Positions 23,901-34,705 of a stretch of 64,000 nt of DNA are shown here, piece after piece. Each line of letters begins with the position of its first letter. Positions within the stretch are counted from its first letter, which is position 1. The stretch is from Rebecca billardiae RCC1528. Its lineage: Eukaryota; Protista; Haptophyta. The notes under the pieces were generated by a model that was given only the letters and a program-made list of their open reading frames with translations, was not told the origin of the DNA and did not search any database. The position numbers were made by a program, and so were the translations under genes. Location of the stretch: NCBI GenBank assembly GCA_965240325.2, contig OZ251248.1, positions 372,001 to 436,000 of the forward strand, in the 5' to 3' direction.

Positions 23901-24300
23901 GTAAGTCGATCCGCGCCATAGAGAAGATGTCGACGTGCGTCACCTGCCCAGGGTAGTGCGCCGTCGGCATCGCGTCCGCGAACGACCGCCGCGTCATGCC
24001 CGCCGCCGACTGCTCGTCAAGCGGCTCACGCCGCGCGTTCGCCCCCTCCATCCCCTCGGCCACGCGTCGCGTGCGCTCGAGTAGACGTTGGTCATTGGTG
24101 CCCGTTCGAACCGACCAAGTGCGCAACCACGCCGGATCAGCGCCTCGCGCCGCCTCCGTAGTGTTTGTGGTTCGCACCTGCGCGGGTTCCGGGCTTAGGC
24201 GTTTGGGGGCGGCGCAGCGCCAATGCGCCCCCGCCCCGCGCCCACGCGCCGCACTGGCGCCCTGCGCCGTGCGCGCGCCTCCGCCGGCGCATCGCCGACG
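20923..24300 (-). CDS. Copia A pol: integrase, reverse transcriptase, RNase H
   Basis: Integrase DDE motifs HVDIF, HTDGG and NGVAERAIRT. RT motifs GDVKDAYLN and FVDDLL. RNase H motifs ADSDWA, SSTEAEY, EDNKGA and HIEIKHHYVR. The 5' boundary depends on the frameshift position. Confidence 0.93.
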   Translation of the reverse strand, partial: RRRCAGGGARTAQGASAARGRGAGAHWRCAAPKRLSPEPAQVRTTNTTEAARGADPAWLRTWSVRTGTNDQRLLERTRRVAEGMEGANARREPLDEQSAAGMTRRSFADAMPTAHYPGQVTHVDIFSMARIDLPVGADGARGGYPHGIIFIDGHSRRWQVYALRSLDDAEVGRAFRWYAQLLGTGAMHMSHWVLASGCTMARRHIHTDGGSTLLSTYVEGELAKLGFSSTVTSAPDSPSSNGVAERAIRTLKSRLRATVVARGVSRVDWHYAAWHACASRNRLASRGIIRDDGDIEWLTPDELFFGKRPTWKHHVAFGARCRVLMLGARRNALGQLKQRALPGRVYLWGGHGVQWRGTWRYVLGYVCRLDDGRLVHSRDVRIDETDLVEGGHSSLGAPDGGAYVGDGDDAAVSGGYRPVGGDADGEDEDGDGGETPADAGNDDATEFDVGYDDDADASTSGRGRSSVDAGQRGCSSAGAQPSTPTPQGGRGGAGASMTQPGRQDQIPPTESRRGAAADAGGPPRGADGDDGVIEDAPPPGLDMGHDPLRRDRTSRRRPQLLTAVVSAASVFQKINVKVPTNYREAMRSAEAPQWQGAMLEHLEGHKLLGTSEEVVVPEGTRVLPSQWVFDVKSNPEGEVTRFKARSVLLGNLQRPGIDFQEVFAPTIRPEQVRLLVAIAAQQAGARVDLGAASVAALGILSKGDVKDAYLNSELKPDERPLFSFPPGYVPSTQAPPGYKVVGRSLKAYPGLRQSGRAWHRTHRTQLLARGFSECPSAPCIYVKESAPGEFIIAGGFVDDLLFLNLTRDARAVEKLAADLKEHYEIKLSERLDKFLGAVFEVHDDGILMHLGPYVESVLQRFGLNASTPARTPEPAARAQLSDDDEALLQRAEIENYQAMVGCLMFAMVTARPDIAHAVNMLTRRMSCPRAVDLVSAKRVLRYLRGCPRLGILFKFATDSEHPDLLAFADSDWASNPVETKGRSTGGYIVFYNGAPVSWHSGLQGTVSLSSTEAEYVALSDCCREVSYLRSILESMRQPPRAATEVREDNKGAIDLVENPVHHKRSKHIEIKHHYVRDAQEGGKVKVVKVHTSLNHSDIMTKATDGATFKRHVDAIMVDRHPTRAR

Positions 24301-26819
24301 TCTGGCCCCACCTGGCGCCGTACGATCTCGGCGCGCAGCGTGGAATCGCGCGGCAGCTGCACGACGCCGCCTCCCAGCGCCGTAAAGTCCGCAGTGTTGC
24401 CGCGCTGCGAGTAGTGGAACTCGATGCCTGCGTCCGCGCAGTGCTCGACCGACAGCAGCGGCGCCGTGACGCGCTGCGACGCCCACGCCTCGATCTCGAG
24501 CGTGAGGACCTTGTCGCTGTCGTCGTCCGCCGCAAGCTTGACCACCAGGGTCCCGCGGTGAGTGACCTGCTCCCGCGCACCGTTCCCCCACTCGATCTGG
24601 CATGCGCCGTGCACCGGGGTAAGGTTCGTCAAATCCTCGGTCATGGCGATGTTCTTCCGTGCGCCAGTGTCAAACACCAACGCCCGCGTGTTGTCCTCCG
24701 GCTGCGCCACGCGTGCCTCGGCCGCCCGCGCCGCGACGATCTCGATGTCCTCGTCGCGCTGCGCCCTGCCGCCGATAGCCGCGCCAATAGGCGCCAAGCC
24801 GAGTCCGGCGCCGGTGCCGCCGCCGTCTCCGGCGTCTGCGCCACCGTCGCCACCAACGGCGCCGTCGGGCTCGTCACCCTGCTCGGGAGCGAACGCGACC
24901 TGCGTGCGGACCGTGCCGCCGCCGTTGCCATTACCGACCACGGCGCGGGTGCTCCCCCCGCTGCCGCCGCCGCCACCGCTGCCGCCGCTCCGCAGTGAGC
25001 CACGGCTGCGATCCGACCGCGTCGACGCCGCGTCATCGCCAGCGTTCGAGTCGCGATCAGCCTGCGTCACCTGCGGGCAGTAACGCTTGATGTGCCCCAC
25101 GGCGCCGCACTTGTAGCAGCGCGGCCCGTGCGCGTCGTCGGAGTCGCCGTGGCCTCCGCGGCCGGTGCCGCGGCCAGCACCGCCGCCACCGCCGCCGCCG
25201 CGACCTCCGCCGCCGCCACCACGGCCAGCCGGCGACGTCGCGTCGCCGCCGCCGCCACCACCCGCCGACGCCGCCGCCGCCTGCGCCAGGCGGAGCCCGT
25301 CGATTGGGTGCGCGCGGGTAGCGCCGCCGCCTCCTGGCGTGCGGCCACCCGCCCCTGGGCGCCCAGGGCCGCCGCGGTCAACCCGCTTGCCCTTGGAGAA
25401 GTCCCAGTCCTCGAACTTGCCGTTGAGCTCGTGCACGAGCTCCTGCACGTCGAAGTTCGTCACGGTCCTGTAGTCCTTCGACTCGTACCGCGTCCGCATC
25501 TCGATGCCCGCGCCCACCGGCGGAATGAACTCGATGAGCCGCGCAAGCATCTCCGCCGCTGGCGCTGCGTCACTCAGCTCCTGCAGCAGCACGTGGTTGT
25601 GCTGTAGCACCTGGAAGAGCTCGAGTGCGCCGACGCCGTCCTTGCCGCAGTCCGGCAGGACCGTCCGATGCCAGCGTGCCCGCACCGACATGTACTTCCG
25701 CATGTCGTCGGGCTTGCGCATGCGCAGGATCGTCTTCCACAGGTACAGAAACTCGCGCCCCGGCGTAAGTGCGCCCCGGCGCGCGCGCTCCTCCTGCACC
25801 TCCGGCTGCGTCTCCATGAGGCGGTTGATGTGCTGCCACGCAGCCTCCGTCACCCACGACCGCAGCTCGGTGCGTAAGAAAGCCGTCCCTTTCTCGTACT
25901 GCGCCCCGGCGTACTTGGCGGGATCCGCCTCGTCGCCGTCCGGCGCTGCCTCCAACACGCTCTGTCGGAGTTTGATGTCCAGCATGGCGTGCTCGCTCGC
26001 CTGCCGCTCATGCATCTGATCCTCGGTCTCGCGCTCGCGGCGGTAGAGCTCACGCGCGCGCGGATCGAGCGTCACGGCAGCGCCGCCCGCGGGCGCCGCG
26101 CCACCCATCCCGCCGGCGCCGCCCGTAGGCGCCGCGCCGACGCCGGCGCCGCCCGCAGGCGTCGTGCCGTCAGTCCCAGCCGGCGCACCTGCCGCGCCGC
26201 CTGTGCCCACACCCGGACCGGGTGTGCCGGCCGCCGGACCCGGAGAAATTCCGGATCCGCCGCCCGCCGCCGGACCTGAACCCGGTCCGGTCGCCGTCGG
26301 GCCGCCCGGAGTGGCTAAACCACTCCCCGCGCCCGCCGAGGCAGCCTGCGCGTAGCTTGGCGCCTGCCTCGCCCCCGCCGCCGCCGCCGCGCGTTCCGCC
26401 GCGGCCCGGCGCTCGGCGTGCTCGCGGCGCTCGTGCTCGTGGCGATGGTCGAGCAGCCGCTGCTGCAGCGCGTAGTTCTCACGCGCCAGGTCCATCCGCT
26501 CGGCACTGACCTTGATCATCTTCGCCGCGGATGGGTTGAAAGTTGCCCACGTCGAGTTGTACTCCTCGAGCGTGTTGATGCGGTGCTCCGCGTTCGGGCC
26601 ATGCGTCACGATGATGCCGTTCAGTGCGGACATCGTAGCACCTTGCCCCGCCGGTAGCGCCGCCAGCTTGCTCGCCGATTGCGCGAGCCAACGCTGCTGA
26701 TTACCTTTGTCGTTGAGGCTCCCAACGTCGACCGAGCCGTAGTACCGGCCGCTCGTGCTCATCGGCGCGATCGATGAGAAAGCGCCGCGCGTACGATCCC
26801 TCCCGATCGCTGCATGCAT
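24195..26819 (-). CDS. Copia A gag plus aspartic protease
   Basis: CCHC knuckle CYKCGAVGHIKRYC and protease motif LVFDTGARKNI. The ATG is 3 nt after the 5' LTR. Confidence 0.9.
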   Translation of the reverse strand: MHAAIGRDRTRGAFSSIAPMSTSGRYYGSVDVGSLNDKGNQQRWLAQSASKLAALPAGQGATMSALNGIIVTHGPNAEHRINTLEEYNSTWATFNPSAAKMIKVSAERMDLARENYALQQRLLDHRHEHERREHAERRAAAERAAAAAGARQAPSYAQAASAGAGSGLATPGGPTATGPGSGPAAGGGSGISPGPAAGTPGPGVGTGGAAGAPAGTDGTTPAGGAGVGAAPTGGAGGMGGAAPAGGAAVTLDPRARELYRRERETEDQMHERQASEHAMLDIKLRQSVLEAAPDGDEADPAKYAGAQYEKGTAFLRTELRSWVTEAAWQHINRLMETQPEVQEERARRGALTPGREFLYLWKTILRMRKPDDMRKYMSVRARWHRTVLPDCGKDGVGALELFQVLQHNHVLLQELSDAAPAAEMLARLIEFIPPVGAGIEMRTRYESKDYRTVTNFDVQELVHELNGKFEDWDFSKGKRVDRGGPGRPGAGGRTPGGGGATRAHPIDGLRLAQAAAASAGGGGGGDATSPAGRGGGGGGRGGGGGGGAGRGTGRGGHGDSDDAHGPRCYKCGAVGHIKRYCPQVTQADRDSNAGDDAASTRSDRSRGSLRSGGSGGGGGSGGSTRAVVGNGNGGGTVRTQVAFAPEQGDEPDGAVGGDGGADAGDGGGTGAGLGLAPIGAAIGGRAQRDEDIEIVAARAAEARVAQPEDNTRALVFDTGARKNIAMTEDLTNLTPVHGACQIEWGNGAREQVTHRGTLVVKLAADDDSDKVLTLEIEAWASQRVTAPLLSVEHCADAGIEFHYSQRGNTADFTALGGGVVQLPRDSTLRAEIVRRQVGPDVGDAPAEARARRRAPVRRVGAGRGRIGAAPPPNA

Positions 26820-26821
26820 AT

Positions 26822-27538
26822 TGGGTAAACGCGAGCTCCGAGCGTGTCGAGCCCTGCTAAAAGCTCACCGGCGCGTAGCTTGGCGCGTCGACGATGACGC
26901 CCACGAGGCAATCTGACCCTCGCTCCTCTGACGAGCGAAGCTAATCCTCCTGCCGCAACCAACTTTCGGTTGCGCAGGGTGACACGGCGTTTTGCGGCCC
27001 GGCTCGGGAATCTTGTAACCTTCCTGAGCCCCGCTTCCGTGCGTCCGCCAATCGCAGGCGTTACCGACGCACCGCCGTAAGCTCATCTTTCCCCCAGGTA
27101 CTCGGTAATGTCATCGGACCTGGGTAAGCTGCGCACGGACCCATGATCCCGGATTCTCGATTCTCAAAACTGAGAATCCGGGCGTCCATGAATGAAGTGA
27201 TCGAGTCCGTTGTTCCTTGGACTCTTCCACGATGGCGCCCGCCTGTGCCGCCGGCGTGCCATCCGTGCCGCGCTGCGCCGGGCCGTACCGCCCGCGCACG
27301 CGCCGCGTCCGTGTCGCTCCGCGTCCGCGCTGCCGCGTCCGCGCTCCGCGTCCACGTCGCTCCGCGCCAGCGCTGCTGCGCTCGCGCTCCTGCCGCCGCG
27401 CGCGCCGCGCGCGCGCGCCGCCAGAGCCAGCCACTGCGTAGCTGATGCCGCCGGCCCGCCTGGTGCGGCGCCGGCCCTGACGTCCCAGCGGCGACGCCAT
27501 CTGCTGAGATGCGCGCCCCAGGCTGCGTCAGCTCAACA
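26822..27538 (-). repeat. 5' LTR of copia A
   Basis: Direct repeat of 20170-20886. Confidence 0.95.
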
Positions 27539-28166
27539 ATATATTATAATCATATAGGCCGCCGCCCGCCGTCTCTGACTCTGTCTCTGAGGATCCGAAT
27601 CACCGAATGAGTCTGAGTCTGAGGCCGTCGCGGCGTCGGCGGGCAGACGGCGGCCCGGTCGCGCGGACCCGGGCGGGACAGGTCACCGGACCGGACCGGT
27701 GCGCGCCGCTCAGCAAGTGTACTACCGGCGAGCAGTTTACTATATGTTTTAACGTGCACCAGCACACTTGGTTACTAAGGCGTGATTACAGTACCGCCGC
27801 ACCGTGTGAGTGACCGGCACTCGTCCGCGGGCGTCCCGTCGTCTGACGTCATTCATCTGAACTGCTGTGCGGACGATTGTACGACTGGCATGCGCGCACT
27901 CGATGTGCCTGCTGTGAAACTCTTCGTCAGACAGCCCGTCAGTTGACGATACCGACTCATACCGCCAGGGCCGCACCGCGGCCGCGAGTTCATTCACGGG
28001 CGGGTGTCGCGGCGCACTTCGTCTTCGTGTCCAGTCTGACAACCGCTCTCCATTCCCGATGCGAAGTCGACCCACGACACATGTGGGCGGCGCCAAGGTG
28101 ACGGCGCCCGCGCCTGCGTCTCTTTTCTAATTACTGTAGTACAGTAAATGTTGTACGGGTAGATCG

Positions 28167-29294
28167 ACCAAACCGAGCTCAGAACCGGAGTGTACCGAGC
28201 TAAGCGGATGTACCATGGTACACTGTCCACAGCGGAGTGGTGTCAAGGCACTCGGTGTATCGGTCAGTGGTTTGAGGTTGGGTGAGGGTGGTGGTTGGTT
28301 GGGGGCTGGCCAGGGTAGGGCTGGAGGCTTCGGCCGCCAGTCTGATCACCCGGAGCCCGTTATAAAGGGGAATTTAAAAAAAACACTTTGGTACATAATT
28401 GGTACACTATTGGTACACTATTGGTACATGTAAAGATGTACCAAGTGTACCAATAGTGTACCAATAGTGTACCAATAGTGTACCAATATTGTACCAAAGT
28501 GTACCAACGCATCCTGACAATGTACCAAATGTCATTGGGTGTACCATGTACACTTTGGTACATAAATGGTACACTTTGGTACATTTCATGAGTGTACCAA
28601 CGTGTACCAACCATGTACCAGTTTGCACACAAAAGTGTACCAAGTGTACCAACTCCTCCCTGAATGTACCAACTGCTCCCCAAAGTGTACCAACTTGTCC
28701 CAGGGTGTACCAAAAAATGTACCAACTCGTCCTGAAAATGTACCAAGTGTACCAAATTTCCGCGGAATGTACCAACTTGGTCCAGGGTGTACCAACAGTG
28801 TACCAACTCGTCCTAGGTTAGGGTTAGGGTTAGACCCCCCGATGTACCAGGGATTCTGGGTGTACCAGGTACACCCAGGAAAGTGTACCAGCTCTGAATC
28901 GCCGACGATGGTACACTATTGGTACATTCATGAAAAGTTGGTACATTGATGGTACATTGGGGGACGGTTGGTACACATGGTATGGCGGTACATTTGGTAC
29001 ATCGTTGGGACACATTGGTACATTCTTCGGACGAGTTGGTACATTTGGGAGGAGTTGGTACATCAGGTAATGTACCAACATGTGCATGTGGATGTACCAA
29101 AATGTACCATGGTACACCCAATGACATTTGGTACATTGTCAGGATGCGTTGGTACACTTTGGTACACTATTGGTACACTATTGGTACACTTGGTACATCT
29201 TTACATGTACCAATAGTGTACCAATTGTGTACCAAAGTGTACCATGGTACATCCGCTTAGCTCGGTACACTCCTCATTCTGAGCTCGGTTTGGT
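28167..29294. mobile_element. Foldback/MITE-like element built of TGTACCA/TGGTACA motifs, with central TTAGGG repeats
   Basis: Terminal inverted repeats of ~58 bp (28167-28224 vs 29236-29294) and a long internal inverted repeat (~28385-28550 vs ~29108-29240). It is AT-rich and has TAGGTTAGGGTTAGGGTTAG at 28814-28833. Confidence 0.8.
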
Positions 29295-29429
29295 GACACC
29301 TCCCAATGTTGTACCCCACGTTCATCAAACAACAACTCTGCGCGCAGGACTGCTGCAGCCCTGGTCCGCCTGGGCGAGGAGCGGGGCGACGCACGCGCCA
29401 GCCGGTGCGCTGTGGACAAGCTGGCCGGC

Positions 29430-31176
29430 ATGGTCGGCGTGAAGAACCAGAAGCGCGCAGTGTGCGAACATGTTGGCTGCACCAAGGTGCCTTCGTTTGG
29501 CATGCCGGGCGACGCGCGCGCCAGCCGGTGCGCTACGCACAAGCTGGTTGGCATGGTCGACCTGAAGCACCCCAAGTGTGATCACACAGGCTGCACCAAG
29601 GTGCCTTCGTTTGGCATGCCGGGCGCCGCGCGCGCCAGCTGGTGCGCTACGCACAAGCTGGCCGGCATGGTCGACGTGGTGAACCGCAAGTGTGATCACA
29701 CAGGCTGCAACACGCGGCCGTACTTCGGCATGCCGGGCGACGCGGGCGCCAGCCGGTGCGCTGCGCACAAGCTGGCCGGCATGGTCGACCTGAAGAGCCG
29801 CAAGTGTGATCACACAGGCTGCAACACGCGGCCTTACTTCGGCATGCCGGGCGACGCGGGCGCCAGCCGGTGCGCTGCGCACAAGCTGGCCGGCATGGTC
29901 GACGTGGTGAGCCGCAAGTGTGATCACGCCCGCTGCACCAAGCGGCCTTTGTTCGGCATGCCGGGGCGACGCACGCGCCAGCCGGTGCGCTGCGCACAAG
30001 CTGGCCGGCATGGTCGACCTGAAGAACCCCAAGTGTGATCACACAGGCTGCAACACGCGGCCTTTGTTCGGCATGCCGGGCGACGCACGCGCCAGCCGGT
30101 GCGCTGCGCACAAGCTGGCCGGCATGGTCGACCTGAAGAACCCCAAGTGTGATCACACAGGCTGCAACACGCGGCCTTTGTTCGGCATGCCGGGCGACGC
30201 GTGCGCCAGCCGGTGCGCTACGCACAAGCTGGCCGGCATGGTCGACGTGGTGAGCCGCAAGTGTGATCACGCCCGCTGCACCAAGCGGCCTTCGTTCGGC
30301 ATGCCGGGCGGCGCGCGCGCCAGCCGGTGCGCTGCGCACAAGCTGGCCGGCATGGTCGACGTGAAGAATTGCAGTTGTGCTCACACCGGCTGCACCAAGG
30401 GGCCATCGTTTGGCATGCCGGGCGACGCGCGCGCCAGCCGGTGCGCTGTGCACAAGCTGCCCGGCATGGTCGACCTGAAGCACCCCAAGTGCGATCACAC
30501 CGGCTGCACCAAGGGGCCTTCGTTCGGCATGCCGGGCGACGCGTGCGCCAGCCGGTGCGCTACGCACAAGCTGGCCGGCATGGTCGACGTGGTGAGCCGC
30601 AAGTGTGATCACGCCCGCTGCACCAAGCGGCCTTCGTTCGGCATGCCGGGCGGCGCGCGCGCCAGCCGGTGCGCTGCGCACAAGCTGGCCGGCATGGTCG
30701 ACGTGGGGAACCGCAAGTGTGAGCACGTGGGCTGCACCAAGCGGCCTTCGTTCGGCATGCCGGGCGACGCGCGCGCCAGCCGGTGCGCTGTGCACAAGCT
30801 GACCGGCATGGTTCACGTGTTGAAGCGCAAGTGTGATCACACAGGCTGCACCAAGGTGCCTTCGTTCGGCATGCCGGGCGACGCGCGCGCCAGCCGGTGC
30901 GCTGTGCACAAGCTGGCTGGCATGAAGCGCCTCAGGAGTGGTGCGCACATTCGGCACAAGCGTGGGCTGGAGCAAGGCTCGAGCACCACAGCGTCGAGCG
31001 CCGCCAAGCGACAGCGGACGCACACCAGCAGCACAGGCACGACCTCTGACGCCGCAGCAGCCGCAGCGCAGCCGCGGCCGCGGTCGCAGCTGCCGCCGGT
31101 GGTCAAGGCCCGCGTTGCATCGACGCCACTACCGCATACTGCACGGCCTGTGGTGATGGCTAGGCGGGTCAACTGA
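29430..31176 (+). CDS. EsV-1-7 repeat protein, copy 2 (13 repeats; +1 frameshift at ~29963-29966, pseudogene or sequence error)
   Basis: ORFs 29412-30038 and 29920-31176 are split by ATGCCGGGGCGAC, which has one extra G relative to the other repeats. Confidence 0.8.
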
Positions 31177-31744
31177 CCGCCGCCCGGCGCGCCGCCGCCG
31201 CCGCCGCCACCGCTGTGCACTCGCGCGAGCAGATCGCAGGGCCAATCGTCGAGGTGCTCGCCGAGATCTGCGAGCGCGTGCGCGTGCTCGCGGCGAGCGG
31301 CGTCGACGCGGGCGCGCTCGGTGGATGCTCGTCTCTCCCGCCGACCTCGAGGCGGAAGCGGCGGCGGCGGCAAAGGAGGAGCGCAAGGAGGCGCAGGCGC
31401 GCGAGGCGGTGCAGGCAAAGGAGGCGGCGCGGCTGGCGATGCGCGCCGTGTCGCCCGAGCAGATGTTCCGCCCAGTGAATGACGTGCTCTTCGGACGCGA
31501 GGCGCCGTTCACGCAGTGCGCGCCGCGCGCCGTGCGCCGTGCGCGCTACGCGTGTCGCGCCTGTGTCCGCCGCTCACCGCCCCTCGGGCGCTGGCCGACG
31601 CCCCCCGGGCTGCAGGTGGGACGACAGCGGCCTGCCCACCCACGGCGCAGACGGCGAGCCGCTCAGCAAGGGCGCGCGCAAGCGCGCGGAGAAGGCGTTC
31701 AGCAACTAGCAAGCACAAGCCACAAGGCCAACTTTGAGAAGTGA
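31177..31744 (+). pseudogene. Duplicated CysRS 3' fragment (unit 2), with 82-bp deletion
   Basis: Same deletion as units 1 and 6, last intron retained, altered 3' end. Confidence 0.9.
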
Positions 31745-32738
31745 ATGGCCGCCGGCTGCGCCTGACTTGCTTGATTTTGATGTGGCTCAAACCCCGCTGC
31801 CGCCCGCTTGCCGCGCGCGACGGATAAATATATATATATACTAAATAGGCCGCCGCCCGCCGTCTCTGACTCTGAGTCTGAGTCTGAGGCCGTCGGCGTC
31901 GGCGGCCCGGTCGCGGACTGCGGCGGGCGCGCCGGCCCGCCTGCCTGGGGCAGCCTGGGCGCCGGCGCCCGCTGTGTGTCACATGTAAATATATATGTAA
32001 CCGCCACCGGCACTCGTCCGGGCGTCCCGTCGCCTGACGGCATTCATCTGAACTGCTGTGCGGACGATTGTACGACTGGCATGCGCGCACTCGATGTGCC
32101 TGCTGTGAAGCTCTTCGTCAGACAGCCCGTCAGTTGACGATACCGACTCATACCGCCGGGGCCACCGGCCGCGAGTTCACGGCGGTGTCGGCGCACTTCG
32201 TCTTCGTGTCCAGTCTGACAACCGCTCTCCATTCCCGTTGCGAAGTCGACCCACGACACATGTGGGCGGCGCCAAGGTGACGGCGCCCGCGCCTGCGGCC
32301 CGCAGTCGGCGGTGCCGAAGCCGAGCTTTGCTCGCCACGCACGGCCGTCTGTCTGTCACCGATCCACGCGCAGCACGTCGGCCGGCCTGCATCATCGCGT
32401 GAGGCAGCAAGGCGGTGGAACGCCGAGGGATGCGAGCGCTTCCGCGAGCGCTCCCGCGAGAGTGATGTGCGCGAGAGCTCACCAGAAGCGGTCGAGAGGC
32501 GCAGGGGCTCCGAGGTGCCGACAAGGGTGGTCGTGCCGACGCCATCGGAGTGGCGCGGGCCGAACCGGCGGCGGCGCAGAAGCGAAAACCTCGTCACAAA
32601 TCGTCTGGAAAACGGGAAACGTTCATCAAAGAACTCTGGGCGCAGGACTGCTGCAGCCCTCTGCGTGGGCGAGGAGCGGTCGTCGGCCAGCGGGGCGACG
32701 CACGCGCCAGCCGGTGCGCTGTGGACAAGCTGGCCGGC

Positions 32739-33800
32739 ATGGTCGGCGTGAAGAACCAGAAGCGCGCAGTGTGCGAACATGTTGGCTGCACCAAGGTGCC
32801 TTCGTTTGGCATGCCGGGCGACGCGCGCGCCAGCCGGTGCGCTGCGCACAAGCTGGCCGGCATGGTTGACGTGAAGAATAGCAGTTGTGCTCACACCGGC
32901 TGCACCAAGGGGCCTTCGTTTGGCATGCCGGGCGACGCGCGCGCCAGCCGGTGCGCTGTGCACAAGCTGGCCGGCATGTTCGACCTGAAGCACCCCAAGT
33001 GTGATCACGCAGGCTGCACCAAGGTGCCTTCGGTCGGCATGCCGGGCGACGCGCGCGCCAGCCGGTGCGCTGCGCACAAGCTGGCCGGCATGGTCGACGT
33101 GGTGAGCCGCAAGTGTGATCATGCCAGCTGCACCAAGGTGCCTTCGTTCGGCATGCCGGGCGACGCGCGCGCCAGCCGGTGCGCTGCGCACAAGCTGGCC
33201 GGCATGGTCGACGTGGTGAGCCGCAAGTGTGATCATGCCAGCTGCACCAAGGTGCCTTCGTTCGGCATGCCGGGCGACGCGCGCGCCAGCCGGTGCGCTG
33301 CGCACAAGCTGGCCGGCATGGTCGACGTGGTGAGCCGCAGGTGTGATCACGCGGGCTGCACCACGCGCCCTTTGTGTGGCATGCCGGGTGACGCACGTGC
33401 CAGCCGGTGCGCTGCGCATAAGCTGGCCGGCATGGTCGACGTGGTGAGCCGCAAGTGTGATCACGCAGGCTGCACCAAGGTGCCTTCGTTCGGCATGCCG
33501 GGCGACGCGCGCGCCAGCCGGTGCGCTACGCACAAGCTGGCTGCCATGAAGCGCCTTGCGAGTGGTGCGCACATTCGGCACAAGCGTGGGCTGGAGCAAG
33601 GCACGCGCACCAAAGCGTCCAGCGCCGCCAAGCGACAGCGGACGCGCACCAGCAGCACAGGCACGACCTCAGACGCCGCAGCAGCCGCAGCGCAGCCGCG
33701 GCCGCGGTCGCAGCTGCCGCCGGTGGTCAAGGCCCGCGTTGCATCGACACCACTACCGCATACTGCACGGCCTGTGGTGATGGCTAGGCGGGTCAACTGA
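32739..33800 (+). CDS. EsV-1-7 repeat protein, copy 3 (7 repeats)
   Basis: Same 38-aa repeat and C-terminal tail as copy 1. The frame is open from 32550. Confidence 0.85.
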   Translation: MVGVKNQKRAVCEHVGCTKVPSFGMPGDARASRCAAHKLAGMVDVKNSSCAHTGCTKGPSFGMPGDARASRCAVHKLAGMFDLKHPKCDHAGCTKVPSVGMPGDARASRCAAHKLAGMVDVVSRKCDHASCTKVPSFGMPGDARASRCAAHKLAGMVDVVSRKCDHASCTKVPSFGMPGDARASRCAAHKLAGMVDVVSRRCDHAGCTTRPLCGMPGDARASRCAAHKLAGMVDVVSRKCDHAGCTKVPSFGMPGDARASRCATHKLAAMKRLASGAHIRHKRGLEQGTRTKASSAAKRQRTRTSSTGTTSDAAAAAAQPRPRSQLPPVVKARVASTPLPHTARPVVMARRVN

Positions 33801-34436
33801 CCGCCGCCCGGCGCGCCGCTGCCGCCGCCGCCGCCGCCGCAATCTCGAGCGAGGAGATCGCAGGGCCGATCGTCGAGGTGCTCGCCGAGTTCCGCGAGCG
33901 CGTGCGCGCGCTCGCGGCGAGCGGCGCCGACGCGGGCGCGCTCCTCGCCGAGTGCGACGCGCTGCGAGATCGCGATCTCAAGAAGGTCGGCGTGCGGCTG
34001 GAGGACCGCTCGGGCGAGGCGGCGCGGTGGATGCTTGTCTCGCCCGCCGACCTCGAGGCGGAGGCGGCGGCGGCGGCGAAGGAGGAGCGCAAGAAGGCGC
34101 AGGCGCGCGAGGCGGTGCAGGCAAAGGAGGCGGCGCGGCTGGCGACGCGCGCCGTGCCGCCCGAGCAGATGTTCCGCCCCGAGAACGACGTGCTCTTCGG
34201 ACGCGAGGCGCCGTTCACGCAGTGCGCGGCGCGCGCCGTGCGCCGCGCGCGCCACGCGTGCCGCGCCTGCGTCCGCCGCTCACCGCCCCTCGGGCGCTGG
34301 CCGACGCCCCCCGGGCTGCAGGTGGGACGACAGCGGCCTGCCCACGCACGGCGCGGACGGCGAGCCGCTCAGCAAGGGCGCGCGCAAGCGCGCGGAGAAG
34401 GCGTTCAGCAAGCACAAGGCCAACTTTGAGAAGTGA
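33801..34436 (+). pseudogene. Duplicated CysRS 3' fragment (unit 3), reading frame intact
   Basis: [22 protein letters not shown]...GVRLED...PFTQ|WDDSG...FEK* with the last intron retained. Confidence 0.9.
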
Positions 34437-34673
34437 ATGGTCGCCGGCTGCGCCCGACTTGCTTCAGATATGGCGCAAACCCCGCTGCCGCCCGCGTGCC
34501 GCGCGGCGCGCGCGACGCGGCGGCGGGTAAAGCCGCGGGCACGCGCACACTAGCAGCAGCAGCCGTGCCAGCACAGTCCGCCCGCAGTGACGCGCGTACT
34601 GGCAAACTGAAACCGTACTCAGCAGTAGTCAGCATTGAATAAGTCATCGGTCATGACACGCTGATAGTCAGAT

Positions 34674-34705
<32 letters not shown>

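Larger units (their letters stand above)
20170..27538 (-). mobile_element. Ty1/copia LTR retrotransposon A, full length, ~7.4 kb, inserted in a TA-rich tract
   Basis: Two ~717-bp LTRs (20170-20886 and 26822-27538) appear identical. On the - strand they read TG...CA, with a polypurine tract GAGGGGGGG next to the 3' LTR. Flanks are ATAT(A). Internal order is gag-PR-INT-RT-RH. Confidence 0.96.

Noticed and set aside
28814-28833. TTAGGG repeats as a telomere
   Set aside because: Only about three units are present, and they are internal to the foldback element.
28360-29260. VH/WY/GT-rich ORFs
   Set aside because: They are translations of the non-coding GGTACA foldback repeat.
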